From Phoronis australis (Eukaryota; Animalia; Phoronida), in contig NMRA01000157.1 in assembly GCA_002633005.1 (NCBI GenBank), forward strand, positions 466,988-530,987: 64,000 nucleotides of DNA. The letters are read 5' to 3'. The translations under genes and the position numbers were made by a program. How positions within the stretch are numbered: position 1 is the stretch's first letter; each line of letters starts with the position of its first letter. Below the pieces are notes generated by a model. That model saw nothing but the letters and a program-made list of their open reading frames with translations. It did no database searches and had not been told where the DNA came from. Shown one piece after another: positions 56,909 through 64,000 of this stretch.

Positions 56909-57699
56909 CGATGGTGTTGAAACTTTGGAAAATGTGCCTAACTAGACAGTTTTTATCATTCTCGTTATGAACATATGTCATGCTGTAGTCGCTCTATAAG
57001 GCCGAAAAAACATCAATGGTTCTGGTCTGTAGTTGTTTTAAAAAATGATGCAGTAATTTCTCAAACCAAAGATTCTCTAGAAGTCAGCTAAAGCAGTCTG
57101 TCGATGTGCGTTTTCATCTTTTACATTTATTTTTTGAGAGAAGAGCAAGGTTTAAACTGATGCAGGCGCAACACAAAGCCATGTGTTCTTTTTGTATTGC
57201 TTTTCTAGCACACATAAATTCCATGAGTGATGTGAGATCTCAAGCACGATTTCAGTCGAGATTGTGTGATCAATTCTTAGGGCTATTAATAATCATTTAG
57301 CTTGCATATTAGAGTCACTTCATGGAAAACTAGCGTGAATGTTATTGTGTAATTTGTTTTGAAAAAAGATCAACAGTTTTGTGCTAATATTCTAGTACTA
57401 TGAGCAGCAAACTTTGAAGTATCAATCCCTACCCTACACAGGACAACCTGAATCCAACACCTCTCTGTGTCTTTAAGTCAATGCATGATAAGGTCTCTCA
57501 TAGCAAATCAACAATAGTGACTGCATGCATCCCTCGAGTCTTGATACGTGCCACTCAAATATTCCTTAAGCAGAATTACATTCATAATCCAACCTTCTGA
57601 AGTTCCATTAAATTTTGAAATTCTGTGTAGGAATACACATAATTTGGTTCCTTGGGACTTTAAAGCAAGTGATATGCATATTCAGAAACAATAGTAATG

Positions 57700-60110
57700 T
57701 ACCAATTCAATTTTATTCTTGGCCTCATCATTCAACAACATAGTTGCACAATCATCAGAAACATCGTAGAACTGTGCAAATGTAGAGGTGCATGACCACC
57801 CAGCTGTGGCCATAATTGTAAAAAGTGGCGCTGAACATTGCTTAGCAGCTGATAAGAGTGGCTGCTCTAGAACTGACCTGCAAACTGGGAAGCATCAATA
57901 CCTGCCATTCGCATGGCAACCTTAATCCAACGTCTCGCCATGTTTATAGTCACTGCATGATAAGGCCTCACATTACCAATCAACAACAGTGACTGCATCC
58001 CTCGAGTCTGATACATGCAACTCAAATATTAAGCTCAATATAAACACACAGCCTTGTATTTGGGATGTAAGTTACAACACCAGGAGGCATTCCCTGTCTA
58101 TTCTGTTTTACATGTGAACGAATAATAAACCAGACTAATGTCTTTCATCATATCAGTAGTATCCAACAAATGAATAGTCTGCCATCTTTGAGAAGACAAC
58201 AAAGCAATCAACATGTCAAGCTTCAATGTTTATTCTTTTAGAGTCAATGATGCTACAAGAGACAAAGTTCTCATTTAATACCAAAGTTAACATCTCGTTT
58301 ACTAGTGTACTTGGTTCCAGGAGGTCTCGGTTGCAACACTCCTCACAAACTTCACAACCTAAAGACTCAACTTGCCCAAATATAACAAAATTAGATAAAG
58401 CACTACAAGCAGAGTTCACTGCACTGTATTTCAATCCATCTTAATTCTACTAACTCATCCAAAAAGTCTAGTCCAGCAGCCAAAGATGAACGAACAAGAT
58501 TAGTATAAAGTTTGACTTCAAAGTTTATATCGAACAGCGGATCATGAAAATACAAGCCTGTATTGTGAATGTGTTCGTTTCAACAGTTCAAACTAACATA
58601 ACACGATATACGTTTCACATCCAACAATACAATTAACAAGAGTGGTAGCTCGGACACTGCCATCTTTCATCGTTCACCTGAGCGCCACCTCTCAACAGTG
58701 ACGGACTACATAGACATCTATTGATCACTGGCGAACCACTTGCTATCAGCCTGTCTTTGACTACAGTACAGTGTATCTAATATTTATCAAGAGACGTGGG
58801 ATACTGTTTCTAGGTGTTGCATCTCCACAATGCCAAGATAAATTCTGTTGTGCGGCTAGAAAACTCTTGATTCACAGCAGATCGCCTTATAAATGAACTG
58901 CCAGTAACACCAGCATCCGTTTACGTGGGTATTTCACACCTGACACCATCATCTGCTGCAACCAACATTTTCATGAGCCTTGGGTACCTCACCTGTAGTG
59001 TTCAATAACCTTGTGCTCAGTCCATTGTAACTTTCTGCATGCATCAGGAAATCAGCTAGGCTGAATGGCCAACACATCAAAAAAGCGTCAATAAACTCTG
59101 CCCCAGGTTCAGTTTGCCAGGACATAAACCTTTCATTACATCCTGATGGTTGTAATCTATCTGAGGGAAAAAACAAGTGTTATCATCTGATCAAAAACGG
59201 AGTGATCATTCAGTATTATTACAAAAATTCCTAGACTCATAATCAGTCATTATGTATACTGACCAGGTATGTGACAAGCACTGAGCCGAGCACCGTGAGC
59301 AATACACACCTCCCAAATTGGGACTGCTAAACCACTACTCTCTTCGAACTTTGTTCCTCCCATGGCATTAATGTAAGCAACAGCTGTCGTATTATCTGAC
59401 TGAATTTGAATAAGTTTCCCATTGAAGTAAAAAGTGACAAAAGTCTTGAGAGCAAAAATGCGGAGCCAGAAGTTCCAAGTAATTTATGTGTTTCTTAGAT
59501 TCATCAGTGATCCATCTGCCACCTGACTGCAGGTCCAAATGAACAGTCCCCCCATCCAGTTTTAGAGGCATCAGATTTAATAGCAACTCCAGGTTCTCAT
59601 GAGCTATCAGATTATATGTTGTTTCCACCTTATCAATCCACCGATTCAAATCCAACTTTGCACCGGTTGACAGGCATATTTTTGCACTGGAATTCCCAGC
59701 ATTGACGCTCAAAAGCTGTTTTGCAGTTCTCAAGACTACGGTAATGCATTTTCCAAAACTGTAGACACTATCGAACCAATCACTCGGGTCAAGTCAAGAA
59801 TAAGCAGGCCCTCTGTATTTAACAACTTTAAACACTTGTCCTTCACTAAATATGCTTTTTTTCCACAGTCAATCTTCTCGTCATATCTTGAGAATTCAAG
59901 ACAAAACTCAAGAAAACTGCAGCTTGTGATTGTTCTAAAACCGACTTTTGAAAACAGACTACCACCGATGACTTTCAAACAAAACATTCATGTCGGCAGC
60001 ATTATGGCGTGCTTTCTCAGAAGTGTCTACTAAGAGTTAAGAATCATCAATATAGGCAACTATGTCATGACCCATCTTACCAAGTTTAGGCAAAAAGACC
60101 TGATGGCAGA
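57700..60110 (-). mobile_element. Decayed DIRS1-type tyrosine-recombinase retrotransposon (RT, RNase H, methyltransferase-like region, YR)
   Basis: GHDIVAYIDDS (about 60045-60080), HINYLELLA, SDNTTAVAYINAMGGTK, EPGAEFIDAF, YSAVNSACSALS, RRWIKVAMRMAGID and IMATAGWSCTSTFAQFY in the expected order. Confidence 0.88.
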
Positions 60111-60399
60111 CACGGGGGAAAACACTAAGTTGAGTTGGTGGCGATGGGAAGAGTAATTTATTTTCTTTTTTCTCCTAGGTATCCCTGCATTTTTATGACA
60201 AAATTAAGAAACAAATTAATTAAAAATGCTTGCCTTTTACAGTGTTTAAAATAATGACTATAAGTGTGGAGTAGTGAGTGTTATATACCGCATTTATCTG
60301 CAGATTCAACCGGATTTAACCTCACCATTTAAGGTACAATAAGCTATGTTTTATTCCATAACCACGCCGACTACTATACAAGTAGTGACCTCTCTCGTC

Positions 60400-62980
60400 A
60401 AGAATGTCTCCAAGATATATATATAACTAACATCTGGTGTTGCATAAACACTACAACTCCCCTCATTCTAAATAAACATATACCAAGAAAACAAAACTGA
60501 ACACGCTAAATACAGACACAAGTCTGACGTCCAGACAAAGAAATCAAAATACACACCCTATTTTTGAATATTCCAATTTAAATGCTCTGGCAGTAACTTG
60601 GATGCATATTGTAATAGCCTTTCATCTAGGTACGGTCAAAACTTTCCAGTTTGGGTCACTGTAAATTAATAAATTATTTGAAGTCGAATTTTGTCCCGCA
60701 AACATTTGCAGTTTTGGATGCCCCTAATTCATAGACACTGACAGCTCTTTGTATCGACGTGTAACCGATCAGTTTTTTTAAACATTCAAATTCTTTTTTT
60801 TTCAGACACTAAAAATTCGTAATCATGAAATTTCAGAGTACATCTCAAACAAAAGCAAAAGCCGGTTTGTGGTCTGTCATGATCACAAACTTTCTACCGT
60901 GAAGACACTTATGGTACTTCTTCAGTCCGAACACAATACACAATACTCGGTGCCTTTTTTCATACTGTACAGGATTATGCTCACTTGGTTGCAGCATGAT
61001 TGGCCTTCACTCCTGTCCTCTGCATTTCATGATTGACTGCTCCAAGTACATTACGAACTTTGAGTCAGACTGAAGCAACACTGATTTTCTCGATTCGTAG
61101 TGAACCAGCAGAGTCATCCTGTAACAACGTTTTTGACAACACAAAGACATTTTCAAGGTCTGGACCCCACTGAAACCTAGAACTGTGATCCGACTGTCAA
61201 CCCCTTTTGGGTGTCTCCTACTTCTCTTAAAGCAACTCATTCAATAGTGCGATGTGAGTTGACTGGTTGGGCATAAATCTGCGATAGTATACCATGAGTC
61301 CTAAGTTAGATGCTTGTAGTTAATTCCTCTTGATTTGTAGGCCTCAGATCCTCCTGAATGGCTTTCATCTTCTCAGCGAGTGGACGTAAACCGGAAGAAT
61401 TCAAGCAATGCCTGAGATAAGTTAGGCTTTCTTGCATAAACTCCCATTTTTCTCGCTTTAGTATCATGCCGTATTTGTGCAGCCAGCTTAAGACAGACCG
61501 TAGACTTTGCAAGTGTTCAGACTCTGTGCGTCCGCTCACAATGATGTCATTGAGTTAAGCTTTGCACATTGGGATACCGGCCAATTGTACTTCCATTGTC
61601 CGCTGAAATATGGCTGGGGCTCACGCGACTCTGAACGGTAGGAATCGATCGCTGTGGGTATTGATGCACGTATATTTGTGCGCATGTCATGGAACTCGAT
61701 CTGGCTGTACGCATGGGTCGAGTCCATCTTAGAGAACTTAACACATCTCTGCAATCTCTGCATCAAATCGTCCAGTGTGGGCTAGGGGTTATAATTGCTC
61801 AACGCGCAGAACTTTGCTTGCAGTTAACAGTTGCTGCAAGTACGAATGTCACCATTGCACTTATCCGCGATACCAGTTGTGCTAGTGCGTAATCTGAGAA
61901 CTTAACCGGCTTGATCGTTCCCTCTTCCAACAACTGTCTTCATCGTGTTGACTGGTGTTGACAAATTTTTTGTCACCTCTGGAAACGAAGTCTCGAGCCA
62001 ATCCCGACACATCAAACTTGCTCCCTTTTCTACAATGATGAGGCTCAACTTGTGATCTGTTGACGACTCACACTGCTACACATTCACCGAGCTTTCACTG
62101 ATAACCTTAACCGGTGCACCACCGTATGCCGACAAATTAAGTTAGACCTGAAACTTTAGTTTCTTTCTGCTTACCAAATGACAAAAACATGCTCTCTATA
62201 ACCCTGGCTCACGAGCAACCGGTGTCCACCTCTGTTTTAAGCGATTTGCCATTCTCAACATCAACCAAATACGGCTTAGGATTCTGGAGAGTAGCTGTTA
62301 ATGTGAGCTCAGCAAGTCCTCGTCACTGTTGTGTGTAATGCACCTTCTCTTCCCTTGAGCGTAGGCTTTTACTGATTCACACTGTGCGTTGTTGTGTCCT
62401 GTAGTTATGCATTTAAAACACTCTGCATCTCGGAAGCCGCACTCTCCACTCCCATGGTTTTCTCCACACTGCCAAGATTTGGATGATGGGTCTTTTTTGG
62501 CACCACCTCGCATTGTTTGGATACTGACGTAGGTCGTCTACATCTTTCAGTGCCATCTCCATGCTAGACGCTGTATCCAAAGTGAATTCCCTTACCACCA
62601 GCAACTTTTTTCTTATGTCAACATCCTACCAAGAGTCTATCTCCTAATGCCTTATCCAGGTTTTCGAAATTTCAGCCGTCGCTCAGCTGCCTTAACTCAG
62701 CTACAAATTGAGACATGGACTCATTTGGGTGTTGGACACAAGTCCAAAATTAGTATCGCAGGACAATTTCACACGGTGGCGCCATTAAATGCTCAGTCAA
62801 TGCAGTAATGCATTCCTAGAAAGTCTTGTCCATGGGTTTCATTGGTTGAAGGACCGATCTCGGAGTATGATAAGGTTTCATACCCAAATTCGTAACCAAG
62901 ATTTCATTTTACTCCAAAAACGCCGTCAATATTTCACTCCATTCCTGGAAGGTAGAAACATTTTCATAAAAAATTGGAAC
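60400..62980 (-). mobile_element. Decayed Gypsy element (gag knuckle, protease, RT, RNase H, polypurine tract)
   Basis: WQCGENHGSGECGFRDAECFKC..GH, TEVDTG, FSKMD..HAYSQ, SGRTESEHLQSLRSVL, VFGLKKYHKCLHGRKFVIMTDHKP, and a GAGGGGAG tract followed by TTGTAG near 60456. Confidence 0.85.
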
Positions 62981-63089
62981 ATTTCGTATAACTGCCGACA
63001 TCGTTGAGTGTCCTCTTTGCCAAAATGTTATGCATAAACACGCGATGGTCCTGATAATAAAAGATTGTAAAAATTATTTAGACTAAACT

Positions 63090-63960
63090 ACATCCATACA
63101 AAGGCTACGGCAGCATCCGGTTTCGGGCTAAAACATACATACAAATACACATACATAATATTGGGATTACCTGATGACTTCTCTCGATTGCTTTGTTTAG
63201 ATCTTTTGGATGTATACATGGTCTTAACTGCCTGTTCGGTTTCTTTGCCCAAACCGTACTGTTTACCCAATTGATTGGTTCAATTGTACCTTGTATGACT
63301 CAGATCTTCCATACCACGTTTACGAGGTGATTTTTCCCAGTGGTTTAACATCCACCTTTACCGCAAGTACTCCCTTCAGCTGGGCATTGCAATTTCTCAG
63401 TATGTGGCTGACAGCTTCATGGTTATATTGACTTTTAGACATTGTGAGTCGTTTGTGCACTGTGTCTGCATGCACTGATGCTTTACTGTTTTCTTTGAGT
63501 AGCTAGTGGCTTAGTGTGGCCTCATACATCCGCGTAAGATTCATTGCTTTATCAAGAGCCATGCAAGTTTTCGTCTGAGGGAAGTTTCTCCTGAAGTTTT
63601 TGTGTCAAGTATATAGGACTTGTTCAATGAATCTTTCTTCTAACTTCTCATCATATCTCAATTCACATTTTCTTGCCTGTGTGTGTCATTAAGTCAAAAA
63701 ATCCTCAAGGTAATTGTCTGGCTTTCCAGTTGCTTTATTCACTGTAGGTTGAACCTGGCCAGTCTCTCTGGGCTACAAATTTCTCCCATGTCTTTTGAGG
63801 ATTTTTCATCATTCTCATTGTCAGATTTCATAGTATTTTTGAAAATCTTAAGCCTTTCGATTCCTATCCATATCGGTATGTAATTCGCTTGCTTTTCAAT
63901 TTTTTTATTCAGGGGCCCGTTAAATTTGTTTTGAGTAATATTGTCTAATCGTCTCAATTG
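63090..63960 (-). mobile_element. Gypsy gag-like fragment of a second family
   Basis: IPIWIGIERLKIF, ARFNLQ..KQ, QARKCE and a QCPAEGSTCGK..NHW-type knuckle near 63335-63390. Confidence 0.65.
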
Positions 63961-64000
63961 TGCTGATTATGTCACTCGCTGGCTACTTGCATGTCCACCA

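Overview
Intron-rich, repeat-dense eukaryotic DNA from an invertebrate animal. A marine lophotrochozoan is plausible from the repeat families, but the sequence alone cannot establish the organism. Two intact protein-coding genes converge tail-to-tail. (1) On +, a RIG-I-like receptor (DExD/H helicase plus Zn-binding C-terminal domain) spans 3169-37882 in 9-10 hand-spliced coding exons (856 aa, or 898 aa with a candidate 126-nt exon). Its N-terminal exon encodes a single death effector domain (DED) instead of the tandem CARDs of RIG-I/MDA5. (2) On -, a two-exon ABT1/ESF2 gene (236 aa). The rest is transposon debris: Gypsy, DIRS1, Penelope, a non-LTR LINE, Helentron-type non-autonomous elements, TA- and TTAA-targeting MITEs, a PIF1 helicase pseudogene and minisatellites. 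The most notable observations are the DED-RLR architecture, a sense-strand minimal hammerhead ribozyme and concentric inverted repeats in its first intron, a divergent CTD, and a duplicated last exon whose 3' tandem repeat carries cryptic acceptors that regenerate a CxxC. All gene models are manual and need transcript confirmation.
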